Assembly (NCBI GenBank): GCA_964234715.1
Contig: OZ174290.1
From: Podarcis melisellensis
Lineage: Eukaryota
Strand: one strand, 5' to 3'
DNA: 64,000 nucleotides
Shown here: in pieces, positions 52,231 to 62,971 of the stretch
Layout of the letters: each line of letters begins with the position of its first letter
Numbering within the stretch: position 1 is the stretch's first letter
Notes under the pieces: model-generated
What the model was told of the DNA's origin: nothing
The model's database searches: none
What the model saw: the letters and a program-made list of their open reading frames with translations, nothing else
Program-made: the position numbers and the translations under genes

Positions 52231-52813
52231 GAACTTGAAAGTAAAGAGCAGGAGGAGTGGAGACAAAGAGTAATTTTTTGCATTGACTGATCTGGCATCT
52301 ATTTAAACTGTTGTTTCTGGCTGATTTAAAGACTTTAAGTGGCTGTTTTTTGGACCTTCATTGAGACAAGGGTACCTGTCTTCTGTTGATCTATTGGATT
52401 ACAAATAAAAGTAAGAAACCCAGGTACTGGAGCTGCCTGAGTAACTGAGCAGTCAGCCTGCAAGCTTTGGATACTTTGAATCTGAACTTTGGAACATACT
52501 GAGTTTGAATTTGTTACTTTGAAACACTTGTGGTCTAAGCACTTTTGGAAACAATGTTTGGCTTTAAGTTTTAACTCTGCTAAAACTTATCTTTGTGAAG
52601 ATCTTTGGAGATCAATTCAGACTTACTAACTTTAATTGGATTGGACTTCCTCCCCAAAGACATTCTAAGCTCCACCTAGAGGATTTTTGGATTTACAGCA
52701 GTGACTTTGTTTTACTTTCTCTTTCCCGGCCTCCTGTTTGAGTGTTACCATCTGGGCTCTTATTTTCTCATGGGAACAATTCAGTTTGACCTTGGCTTTT
52801 AGATAACTTTGGA

Positions 52814-53851
52814 ATGAGTGGAACAAGAAAAAGGGGAAGAACCAGACAAACAACGTTAACTTTACCGACAGTCTCACAGCGTAGATCATCTGTGCCTGCT
52901 TTGCCTACTACTTTGCCTCCTGAGGCAGAAGCGGCCTCCCTGCTACAATCAGGGGAGGGAGAAACTGAGGAATTACAACTGGAAGATATGGCCTCAGGAG
53001 CAAGTGGCACTATTTTGGAGAAAATTTTTGAAAAATTGGAGGCTCTGGACAGAAAGGCTGACCAGCAATCAGCTAAAATTGACTTAAACACAGAAAGTTT
53101 AAATAGACTAACTGGACAAGTTGCACAGAATGTTCAATCTATTGGAGAATTGAAGGAGGCTGTAGGTGAAAATCGGAAACTGGCGGAAGACACTAGCCAA
53201 AGATTGGGACAGCTTGAAAAAGAAGTAAGACCACTCAGCAAACAAGTAGGAGAACACCAGATCTACTTTTCCATGACAGAACTTCGGAACAGGGAGGCCA
53301 ATTTAAGGATACGCTCAATTCCAGAAGTGGAAGAAGGTAACTTAACTGAGTTCCTTACCAAGGAATTTTCCAAGTTTTGGAACTTAGAAGAAAAAGACTT
53401 TAAAATACTATCTGCTTTTAGGCTTGGAAGACTTATAAAGAAGGAGAAGCCCAGAGACTGTTTGATAATATTGAGATCAAAGGAGGAAAGGGACAAGATT
53501 CTAGGCCTGCACTACGGAAAGTCACTGGATATTTTGGACAAAAGAATTGAAATTTATAAGGATATTCCTAAACAGCTGTTGGATCTTCGAGCAGACTACT
53601 CGGAATTAGTAAAACTGCTAAGGAGCAACTCAATCATCTTCAGGTGGGAGTTTCCCCAAGGTTTGTCGTTTACTTTCAGAGGGAGGAAGATTAAAATTAG
53701 AACGCCGGAGGATAGAGACAAGTTTTTGGTGGCACACGGAGAAGATCTTCATAAGGGACTTGGATTACCCCCAGGGCCTGAACCTCCGGGGGTTCCGGCA
53801 CCCTCGGACCCCCAAAAATCTGACAATAAGGTACCCCCACAGCAAGAATAA
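52814..53851 (+). CDS. L1 ORF1p (coiled coil + RRM + CTD; RNA-binding chaperone), 345 aa
   Basis: ATG start, basic N-terminus (RKRGRTR), Leu/Ile/Val heptad-rich coiled-coil region, NLRIRSIPE / PRDCLIIL / IEIYKDIP motifs typical of the L1 ORF1 RRM, and a CTD-like FRWEFPQGLSF segment; lies directly upstream of ORF2. Confidence 0.92.
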   Translation: MSGTRKRGRTRQTTLTLPTVSQRRSSVPALPTTLPPEAEAASLLQSGEGETEELQLEDMASGASGTILEKIFEKLEALDRKADQQSAKIDLNTESLNRLTGQVAQNVQSIGELKEAVGENRKLAEDTSQRLGQLEKEVRPLSKQVGEHQIYFSMTELRNREANLRIRSIPEVEEGNLTEFLTKEFSKFWNLEEKDFKILSAFRLGRLIKKEKPRDCLIILRSKEERDKILGLHYGKSLDILDKRIEIYKDIPKQLLDLRADYSELVKLLRSNSIIFRWEFPQGLSFTFRGRKIKIRTPEDRDKFLVAHGEDLHKGLGLPPGPEPPGVPAPSDPQKSDNKVPPQQE

Positions 53852-53866
53852 CCAGATATATTCAGG

Positions 53867-56800
53867 ATGTCTCTGCAACTTTTGAGCTGGAACATAAATG
53901 GCTGTAATATTCCAGGAAAAAGGAGAAAAATCTTTCACATTTTAAAAAAGGAACATTTGGACATTATTTGCTTACAGGAAACACATGTGACCAGGCTCCA
54001 CAGAAAAGTGTTAATAAATAAAAGACTTGGTCAGGAATTTATATCTTCGGATACAGTTAAAAAGAGAGGTGTGGTAATTTATGCAAAAGAGAGCCTTTCA
54101 CCTAAATTTCTGTTTAAAGATGAGCATGGAAGAATTTTGGCGATAGAAATACAACATCAAGGGGAAAAAATACTGATATTAGGAATTTATGCTCCAAATG
54201 AAGGAAAATCGGAATTCTATAAGAAGTTGCATGAGACCATGCTGGACTATCTGGACTACAACAACATCATTATGATGGGAGATATGAATGGAGTTGTATC
54301 AACCAATATGGATAAGTCACAGAGCCAAAAAATTTCTAAAGATGGGAGACTACCAAAGACCTTCTTTGAAATGACAGACAATATGGACTGGATTGACATT
54401 TGGAGAGTGAGAAACCCCTTGGGAAGGGAAGGAACATTTTTCTCTGAAGCCCAACTGACTTGGACAAGAATCGACCAGATATGGATAACTAGAGGTCTGG
54501 CACCTAAGATCAGAAAGGTGGAAATCTGCCCAAAGACATGCTCCGACCATAACGCACTGAGAATGGACATGACATTGATTCCAACCGGTTCCTTCAGATG
54601 GAAGATGAATGATGGCCTGTTTAGAGATCAGGAGATCACTAAGAAGGCCCAAAAAGCCCTAAAGGATTATTTTGAGATCAATATGAACACCACAGTGGAA
54701 AAAAGAACTATCTGGGACGCAAGTAAGGCCGTGATGAGGGGGTTCCTGATACAACAGAACACAGTAAAGAAAAGGAAACAAAACGAAAGGAAAGATAAAA
54801 TTTTGGAAAAAATCAAGGAGTTGGAGAAGAAGTTAAGACTTAATCCGAAGTCCCAGCCGATTCTGAGAGAAATCAAACTTTACCAAGCACAATATTGTAA
54901 ACTGATAAATCAGGAAATAGAATGGAAAATCAAACTAATGAAACAAAAAACTTTTGAGTCGGCTAATAAATGTGGAAAACTGCTAGCTTGGCAGTTGAAG
55001 AGGAGACAAAAGTTAAACACAGTGACAAACTTAGAGATTGAAGGAAGATGTATCCAGAACCCCGGAGAGATTAGAAAGTGTTTCCAGAGATATTTCAAAA
55101 AATTATACACTCAAGGGCCACAAGATGAAGCAGCGATTAAACAATTTCTAAAGACAAATGGACTGGCAAAGTTGTCAGAAGAAAATAGATCAATTCTGAA
55201 TGGCAAAATAACACGACAAGAGATTGAGCAGGCCATCCAAAATATGAAACAGGGCAAATCACCAGGACCAGATGGGCTGACCTCCAAGTACTATAAGACA
55301 TTGAAAGACTATTTGATACAACCACTGATGGAGGTCAGCAATGAAATTTTAGAGGGGAAGAAGGCGCCAGAATCGTGGAAAGAAGCTTTCATCACATTGA
55401 TACCAAAATCGGAAACTGAAAAGACACAGCTTAAGAACTACCGTCCCATCTCCCTTTTAAATGTGGATTATAAAATATTCGCAGACGTTTTGGCAAGTAG
55501 ATTCAAGAGGGTTTTAAACAAAGTAATCCATAAAGACCAGGCAGGCTTTCTCCCAGGTAGACATATGTCTGCCAATACAAGGAACATTATAGATATATTG
55601 GAGCTTTTACAAACAGACATAAATACTAAAGCTGTTTTAATTTTTATAGACGCGGAGAAGGCCTTTGATAACATATCCTGGAAGTTTATGAAAGGGAATC
55701 TAAAAGAAATGGGAGTGGGCCGGGGGTTTGAGAATGGGATTGATGCAATATATTCAGAACAAAAGGCTAAACTGATAGTTAACAATGTGGTTACAGAAGA
55801 GTTTAAAATTGAAAAAGGAACACGACAAGGCTGTCCGATTTCCCCGTTACTATTTATCTCGGTCCTGGAGGTGCTCTTGAACACGATTAGAGGGGACAGG
55901 TTGGTGGAAGGGATACAGGTCGGAGCGAAACAATACAAACTTAAAGCGTTTGCAGATGACTTAGTTCTGACATTACAGGAGCCAGAATCTAGTACGAAAA
56001 GAGTACTACAACTAATCCAGGATTTTGGTCGGGTGGCGGGATTTAAACTAAATAAGCAAAAAACCAAGGTGTTGGGAAAAAACTTGACAGATATTGAGTC
56101 GGAACGGTTTCAGAGAGAGACAGAGTTAACTGTGGTTAAGAAAGTTAAATACCTAGGGGTAAACATAACAGCAAAGAATTTGAGTCTGTTTAAAGATAAT
56201 TATGAAAAATGTTGGTCTGAAATTAAGAGAGACTTGGATAGCTGGTCAAAATTGAAACTTTCATTGTTAGGTCGAATAGCTGCTATTAAGATGAATGTAT
56301 TGCCAAAAATGTTATTTTTGTTTCAGACATTGCAGATTGTAGATAAAACGGAGTGCTTCCGGAAGTGGCAGAAAGATATCTCCAAATTTGTCTGGCAGGG
56401 CAAAAAGCCCAGAATTAAGTTTAAGATATTAACGGACGCAAAAGAAAGAGGGGGCTTTGCCCTGCCAGACTTAAAGTTGTACTATGAAGCCGCAGCTTTC
56501 TGCTGGCTAAAAGACTGGCTACTTCTGGAGGACACGGATGTGCTGGATTTGGAAGGTTTTAACAATGCATTTGGATGGCATGCATATTTATGGTATGACA
56601 AGGTTAAGATCAACAAGGTCTTTAAGAACCATATTGTCAGAAAAGCAATATTTAATGTCTGGACAAGATACAAAGACTTATTAGAAAACAAAACACCGAG
56701 GTGGCTGTCACCTTTGGAGGCCAAGGCCCGAAAAAGACCCAATATGGAGGCCAATTGGCCAAAATATTGGGAAATACTAGAAAGGGATGGAGACAATTGG

Positions 56801-57607
56801 AAACTGCAGAGTTTAGAGAAAATGAAAGATAAAGTGCGAGACTGGTTACACTATGCTCAGATTAAGGAAGTGTTTAAGATTGATAAAAAGTTAGGATTCC
56901 AGGTGGAGAAATCGAAACTGGAGACAGAACTGCTAGAACCTAAGACCAAGGTACTTTCAAAAATGTATAACTTGCTGCTGAAATGGAACACACAAGACGA
57001 ATTGGTTAAATCGGCTATGATAAAGTGGGCCCAGGATATTGGGCACAACATTATGTTTGAGGACTGGGAAAGGTTATGGACTACCGGGCTGAACTTCACA
57101 GCATGTAATGCTCTGAAGGAAAATGTAATGAAAATGATATATAGATGGTACATGACCCCAGTGAAATTGGCTAAAATATACCATTCGTCTGATAACAAAT
57201 GTTGGAAATGTAAGGAAAATGAAGGAACATTCTTTCACCTCTGGTGGACCTGCCCTAAAGTGAAGGCCTTTTGGGAAATGATATATAATGAGTTAAAAAA
57301 GGTATTTAAGTATACCTTCACCAAGAAACCAGAGGCCTTCCTTCTGGGCATGGTCGGCCAGAACGTGTTAAAGAAGGATAGAACATTTTTTATGTACGCT
57401 ACAACGGCGGCAAGGATACTTATTGCTAAGAGCTGGAAAACCCAAGATCTACCAACACTGGAAGAATGGCAGATGCAGCTGATGGACTATATGCAACTGG
57501 CTGAGATGACTGGCAGAATCCGCGACCTGGGAGAGGAGAGGGTTGAAGAAGACTGGAAGAAATTTAAGATTTATTTACAAAAGTACTGTAATTTGGTTGA
57601 ATCCTAA
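53867..57607 (+). CDS. L1 ORF2p: APE endonuclease + reverse transcriptase + C-terminal CCHC, 1246 aa
   Basis: APE motifs SWNING, LQETH, GIYAPN, GDMN, RIDQIW, SDH; RT motifs KSPGPDG, NYRPISLLNVDYKI, DAEKAFD, GTRQGCPISPLLF, FADD, KYLG; C-terminal CWKC-x8-H-x4-C knuckle. Confidence 0.98.
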   Translation: MSLQLLSWNINGCNIPGKRRKIFHILKKEHLDIICLQETHVTRLHRKVLINKRLGQEFISSDTVKKRGVVIYAKESLSPKFLFKDEHGRILAIEIQHQGEKILILGIYAPNEGKSEFYKKLHETMLDYLDYNNIIMMGDMNGVVSTNMDKSQSQKISKDGRLPKTFFEMTDNMDWIDIWRVRNPLGREGTFFSEAQLTWTRIDQIWITRGLAPKIRKVEICPKTCSDHNALRMDMTLIPTGSFRWKMNDGLFRDQEITKKAQKALKDYFEINMNTTVEKRTIWDASKAVMRGFLIQQNTVKKRKQNERKDKILEKIKELEKKLRLNPKSQPILREIKLYQAQYCKLINQEIEWKIKLMKQKTFESANKCGKLLAWQLKRRQKLNTVTNLEIEGRCIQNPGEIRKCFQRYFKKLYTQGPQDEAAIKQFLKTNGLAKLSEENRSILNGKITRQEIEQAIQNMKQGKSPGPDGLTSKYYKTLKDYLIQPLMEVSNEILEGKKAPESWKEAFITLIPKSETEKTQLKNYRPISLLNVDYKIFADVLASRFKRVLNKVIHKDQAGFLPGRHMSANTRNIIDILELLQTDINTKAVLIFIDAEKAFDNISWKFMKGNLKEMGVGRGFENGIDAIYSEQKAKLIVNNVVTEEFKIEKGTRQGCPISPLLFISVLEVLLNTIRGDRLVEGIQVGAKQYKLKAFADDLVLTLQEPESSTKRVLQLIQDFGRVAGFKLNKQKTKVLGKNLTDIESERFQRETELTVVKKVKYLGVNITAKNLSLFKDNYEKCWSEIKRDLDSWSKLKLSLLGRIAAIKMNVLPKMLFLFQTLQIVDKTECFRKWQKDISKFVWQGKKPRIKFKILTDAKERGGFALPDLKLYYEAAAFCWLKDWLLLEDTDVLDLEGFNNAFGWHAYLWYDKVKINKVFKNHIVRKAIFNVWTRYKDLLENKTPRWLSPLEAKARKRPNMEANWPKYWEILERDGDNWKLQSLEKMKDKVRDWLHYAQIKEVFKIDKKLGFQVEKSKLETELLEPKTKVLSKMYNLLLKWNTQDELVKSAMIKWAQDIGHNIMFEDWERLWTTGLNFTACNALKENVMKMIYRWYMTPVKLAKIYHSSDNKCWKCKENEGTFFHLWWTCPKVKAFWEMIYNELKKVFKYTFTKKPEAFLLGMVGQNVLKKDRTFFMYATTAARILIAKSWKTQDLPTLEEWQMQLMDYMQLAEMTGRIRDLGEERVEEDWKKFKIYLQKYCNLVES

Positions 57608-57833
57608 CAAGGAAGCCAGAGCAGAAATAACTGTCTACCATTAAATTATAATTTTTTATTTGAGTTTAACCTAAATATTGCACTTAAGAGTATAAACAAG
57701 ATGATAATTTGCTTGGAAAAATTCGTTTTTAATGATGAGAGTGGAAGCGGGAGACGTGAGGGAGTCCGCAATAGAATGAAAAGATGTTATGAAACCTATT
57801 TTGTTTGTTAAATATGTATTTGTAAAAAATCTT

Positions 57834-57839
57834 AATAAA
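57834..57839 (+). terminator. L1 polyadenylation signal AATAAA
   Basis: AATAAA 8 nt before the 3' TSD copy. Confidence 0.8.
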
Positions 57840-57915
57840 AAATTTTATATACCAGTACAGCACTGTCTCGCAAACTAAAGAGGCCCCCAAAGAAGGAAAA
57901 ACAACCCTCAAGACA

Positions 57916-58105
57916 CAGCTGAGTGGGAAAGCCAGAGTTGATGCTTTGCATACTGAAGCTCCCAGATTTAACCTTCAGCATCCCCAGGAAAAGCTGGAAA
58001 AGACTCTGGTCTGAAATCCTGGAGAGACAAATCCAGTCTGGTGATGAAAATGCCAAGACAGATGAATCAATGGTTTGACTCTGTATAGGACAGCTTCCTA
58101 GGTAC
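57916..58105 (+). mobile_element. Squam3-like SINE, degraded
   Basis: ATGCTTTGCAT...TCCCAGATTTAA...GCATCCCCAGG...CTGAAATCCTGGAGAG...AATGGTTTGACTCTGTATAGGACAGCTTCCTA. Confidence 0.65.
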
Positions 58106-59558
58106 ATCTCAGGATTATTCTCGCAACACCAAAACAGGATTTGGTGTACAGTCTGGATGCATCCTGGAAGCCAAACTATGGAAAGCAGATTTTCGTTTTA
58201 GCATGATTAACATTTTAAAATTTAAAAAGGGCAAAGAAGATGCTCTGATTTTCATCCCTTCTTCTATTAAAGAAGTGATATAATTAGCAAACACTGGCTG
58301 ATTTCCTAATGTCGGGTCAGACATATTCCTTAATGGAGGTCTCTTACTGCTTTATGCCTCTAACCTATGACCCCTCTCCAAACCCTTCATGGTCAAAAGG
58401 GCCTATATTTGTCAGACAGTTTTCACAGCAGTGCTCCAGCTGATGTCAAACAATTTGATATTCAACAGACAGCCCTAGACACCGTGCAACTGTCACAAGC
58501 TCCCTGTCACTTATGCTGAATATAAAACACACAAATCAAGCCGCAGAGGCCTGAATGATCTCAACAATGCCAGACAAAGGGCTTGTTTCCTCTGCAGTAC
58601 AAGGCTGCTATTCACCAACCCATGGCACCCACAAGCCACAATGTGTTGTTTTTGTTGCTTTGTTGTTTTTTGTGGCAGAAGTGACAGCCCCAGTAGGTGC
58701 TGCAGAGCATGGATGCTAGGAGATGCAGGGCTTGGTGCTGTGAGAAGATTCCCAGTAGGTAAAACAAGCAAGGTGCTCGCTTGAGACTCCTGGTGTTTTA
58801 TGGTTGAGGACAGAGGTCTTAGATGGCAACTTGATCACCACGTAAGGCATAAACATATTCTTCTCTGAACATAGATATTAACCTGCCTGTGTCCCCAAGT
58901 CATTGTCAGAGGCCCTTCTCCAAGCTTCCCACCTCTGAAGAGGCAGATCATGACCCATGAAGGCCTTTTCAGCTGTGGTGCATCATCCCTAGATAAGGCA
59001 AGAAGCCTTGAGTGGCTTCAACAGAGAACAGAATACAGATGCAGCCATGTAAATAAGGCCACCAAAGTTACTACTGTCCCTCTTCGGCCAGTCCACTCAT
59101 ACACCTACATGTACGTCCCTCTCACCAATGACTACTAGGTTGGAGCCTAAATACAAGGATGTAGTGAACAGTGGGGTGTATTTTTTAAAAAAGTAACTAA
59201 GTAAATGTAACATTGCCTTATGTCAATTCAGACCACTGGTACACATGGTCTCATGTGGTCTTTTTTGGCAGCTGGTGGCATCCTAGAGCCTTTCTCTGCC
59301 GTATTGCCTGAAACCCTGGGGATAGAACTTGGAACCTTTTGCTGCAGGATTCTAACAGCTATGGCTCCCTCTCCATGGATGTAACTTCTTGAGAAGGTCT
59401 TACCACTGAATGGGCCTAAAACTATCAACAACTGCACTGCTCTTTCACCTTCCCCCACCACTGCCACATACATACACGTTATCTGCTGTTTTGGGTAGTC
59501 AATGACACTCTAACCTCCATGTTCCCTTCTTGCGCTGGTTTGCTGGTATGGCAGAATA

Positions 59559-59784
59559 CAGTGGTGCCTCGGGTTAAGAACTTAATTCGTTCTGGAGGTC
59601 TGTTCTTAACCTGAAACTGTTCTCAACCTGAGACACCACTTTAGCTAATGGGGCCTCCTGCTGCCACCACACTACCAGTGTGCGATTTCTGTTCTCATCC
59701 TGAAGCAAAGTTCTTAACCCGAGGTATTATTTCTGGGTTAGCGGAGTCTGTAACCTGAAGTGTATGTAACCCGAGGTACCACTG
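59559..59784. mobile_element. Tc1/mariner (pogo/Tigger-like) MITE, copy 3, 226 bp
   Basis: Same TIRs and TA TSD. Confidence 0.92.
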
Positions 59785-62000
59785 TACTATCTAGGAGAGT
59801 GGGCTAGCTAGGGAATCCCTGTTCAAATTTTATCATGGTCACAAAGACTTCTGAGCTCCTGGAGAGCTGTTGCCAGTCAAAACAAGCTATATTGGGCTAG
59901 ATCAATAACAGAACTACTGTATATACTTTTTAAGGTTTGAGTAGCCAATAGGGTTCACTAGAGACTCAAACTTCCATCATCTCTGTTCATTGGCCATGCT
60001 GACTGGGGCTGAAGGGAGATTCAGTCCAAAACATCTGGCATTATGTTGTCGTAAGTAGCCATAAGTGAGTTTTCTCAGCCCTCCTCCACACCAGTTCTCT
60101 TTCAGTCTACAATGTGGTAGTGATAATAACACTGTCATGCCTTCTGTTATAAAGATCACTGAGATAATGTAAATGTGTTCTGAATGCTTCAAACATGCTA
60201 CATATCATTACTCAATTGCACATGTTCACATGTGCAGAAATGCAACAGCTGGGAATGAGCTGCTTGTATCACTAGACTGTACTTCTGGAATGCCCAAAAG
60301 AATACAGCTCTGAGGTAGTAGGAGAGGAGGTGGAGCTAGAGCAATCAGCAATTCATATATATATTTAAGTCCTGCACATTATATTTTAGCATGTATGATG
60401 CAGTTATGAATGATACCAAAATAAAACATGCTGCTTTCTTTTTCCAGTAATTCCTTTTCCAGTAATTCCTAACACTGAGCCATGGAGCTTCACTATGCCT
60501 CATAAACAGTGCAACCCCCAAGCGTCTTTGTTGCTCAATTCCTATATCTATATTGAGTGTCTCATTATCTGTTCCATAGCAAATTCCTCTACAGGAAGCA
60601 CAACCTCCCACTAAAACCTGGTTAGGTCAAACAAGGGCCTCACCTATGTTAGAGATGTAGACCTCTTCTTGTTACCAATGTGAATATCATGATCTAACAT
60701 CACACTGAATCTATATGCATGCCAGAACATGACCCAGAAAATGTGGAAATTTCTGTGTCACCAGAAGAAAAAGGGGGTGGAACAAAATTGAGCCTGCAAT
60801 GTTCCAAGGCCGTGATATCAGTATGTCTCTCTCCTCCATATTTTGCCTCCGTAATTAATGTTTGGGTGGAAAGAATGGGCCTCTTGTGTGTTCGGTACAT
60901 CACGAAGCACAAGCTGTAAGCCAAGTCCTCCACAAAGCTAAGGAAACTGACATTGAGGACAGAAACAATGGCCCAAACAAGGCCTGCCTTTGTGCTCCAT
61001 AGCCCCCTCTGCCACAATCAGCATTTAACAGCACTGTCCTTAATTGCAAGTTTATGAACTCCATCAAAAGAAAAATCAAGGATTCCTTCTGTTCAGGGTC
61101 GATATGCAAAGGAGAGAGTTCAGGCAAAAAATGTTGACGGGAGGAGGGTGGAGAAACAAGTCCCTCTATACACCAGCCTCGCACTGCTGTTTGTTACAAA
61201 GTTTCATAGGATGTTCTTGGAGCTGTCCAAGTGGTGCCTGTTGTCTAAAGAGTATACTGTACTGCAATCTCCACTCCTACACAGAACAACGCAGCCTGCT
61301 GAGACACGCCAGACTGTGTAAGGGCACATTTTTAAAACAAAGAAAACAAGCAGCCATTTTGCTGGCCAAAAACAGACACGCAAAAACCAGGCAGGATTTC
61401 AGATTGAACATACGACAGGAATATCTAAATGTCTTTTCTCAGAAAGGGATAGAAAGGGGGTGGGGGAGACTGATCCCTTATTTCAGACCTGGTTTTATCT
61501 GTGTCCATTTATTGTGTTGTATATTTTCCGAGAAAATTCGGGGTGGTTGATGTGGGCCTCCCAGGATCTTCCCTCTAGTCACAAAGTCCATATCTGGTTA
61601 GCTGTAAAAATTCAACGGTATCAAGTGTTTCCAGATGATTCAGTGGGCCAAATTTTATTGTAGCAATACACAATATAGTGAGTTTCACAGGCTTCATTAG
61701 ACAAGCATCACAAGGGACCAACATGGGATGTAGATGTAGGCACATGAGGACTAAGAAGTCAAATGTGTAAGAATGTAAAGGCCCACAGGTAGGACACGAA
61801 GAAAAGTTGTTGTTCCCTAGCACGTAGTATCCAAAAAGCCCACTTACTTGAATTTGGGGAAGCAGCGGTTGCAGCTCAGCCATGGCAGATAGGCCTCCCT
61901 TCTGCAATATGCACCAGTATAAGGGCAGGGAGGAGATTCCCTTCCTCCACCACTGGTTATGCTGATTGCTGAGGACTCTCCCACATGTGGGGCAGCCAAT

Positions 62001-62560
62001 TGTGGTGGAATTCAGGGGTGTGACTTGGGGAGTGGGCTAGAGAGGAGACTTTGTCTCATGGTCTTCTCTCTCATCTGCTCCCTATAGATAAAAGCCAGCT
62101 GTGCGTGATTCCTACCCCTTTATTTGATGTCTGTCAGCTGCCCAGGTGCAAGAGGGTTAGCTTCTGTGTGCCTTGCTATCAAAGTGCTTCAGTCACAGTT
62201 TTCGGGGTCAGTGAGGAATTTTCCTTTCAGGCCATTTGGCTGGCCTGGAGGCTTTTGCTTGCTCCATAACAAGTCACAACTTAATGGTGGATAAGGCATT
62301 GTGTTGGCTCCTTAGTTCTAAGCAGGGGGCCACACACACACTGCAGTAGCAAGATATCCTTGCTTGGGTTTGACGGACCATAACTTTCCTGAATGGTGAT
62401 CATGGGGGTTGCCCAGAACTGATGCACATCAATCCTTAACTGTGGTCAATCCTGCCAATCATCAACCAGCAGGCAGGCTGCTTGGTTACATGATACATGC
62501 CCAGTGCCTACACATAACCACTGACATCTGTAATCAATAAAATTGTGGCCTGTAATCCCA
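62001..62560 (+). mobile_element. Possible degraded solo LTR
   Basis: Begins TGTGG, has a TATA-like GATAAAAG and ends near AATAAAATTGTGGCC; no TSD identified. Confidence 0.3.
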
Positions 62561-62575
62561 TACTACTACATTTTA

Positions 62576-62876
62576 GGGCTCATCCATACTTACCTTTTGT
62601 CCTGCGCTTTGTAGACACAGGTCCACGCTTTCGCAGTCCATGTATCTGCACTTTTTGTTTTGCCACGCCACTTTCCTGGGAATACCCAATCTTTACTACT
62701 GAACTGGAGCAAACAGCAATTCATGTTTTCCATGAATTGCTGTTTGCTTTGATTCAGAGTTAAAATGTGAGTTTTTGAGCAGAGAGTGTCCGGGGAGGGG
62801 GTGGAACCCTCTCAGACACAGACCTGGAAAGCCCAGACCTATACCTAGAAATGTGAAGGTAAGTGTGGATAAGCCC
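62576..62876. mobile_element. PIF/Harbinger-type palindromic MITE
   Basis: TIRs GGGCTCATCCATACTTACCTT / AAGGTAAGTGTGGATAAGCCC; TTA TSD on both sides, as expected for PIF/Harbinger. Confidence 0.85.
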
Positions 62877-62971
62877 TTATCATTACCATATGTATTCTGC
62901 CCTCTTCCACCCTGGGTTTCACTGCATCTAGACCCTCTAGCATACAGCTTTTGAACATGGGCACTCCACTA

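Larger units (their letters stand above)
51809..57847 (+). mobile_element. Full-length L1-clade LINE retrotransposon, apparently intact
   Basis: CpG-rich 5'UTR starting ACTTCCGG, two uninterrupted ORFs, 3'UTR with AATAAA (57834-57839), flanked by a perfect 16-bp TSD TATACCAGTACAGCAC (51793-51808 and 57848-57863). Confidence 0.97.

Noticed and set aside
54256-57198. Minus-strand ORFs inside the L1 (including the 199-aa 55468-56067)
   Set aside because: Antisense shadows of ORF2 codon structure; Ser/Leu/Phe-rich with no recognisable domains.
61044-61550. 168-aa plus-strand ORF
   Set aside because: Non-ATG start, no domain motifs, no splice support.
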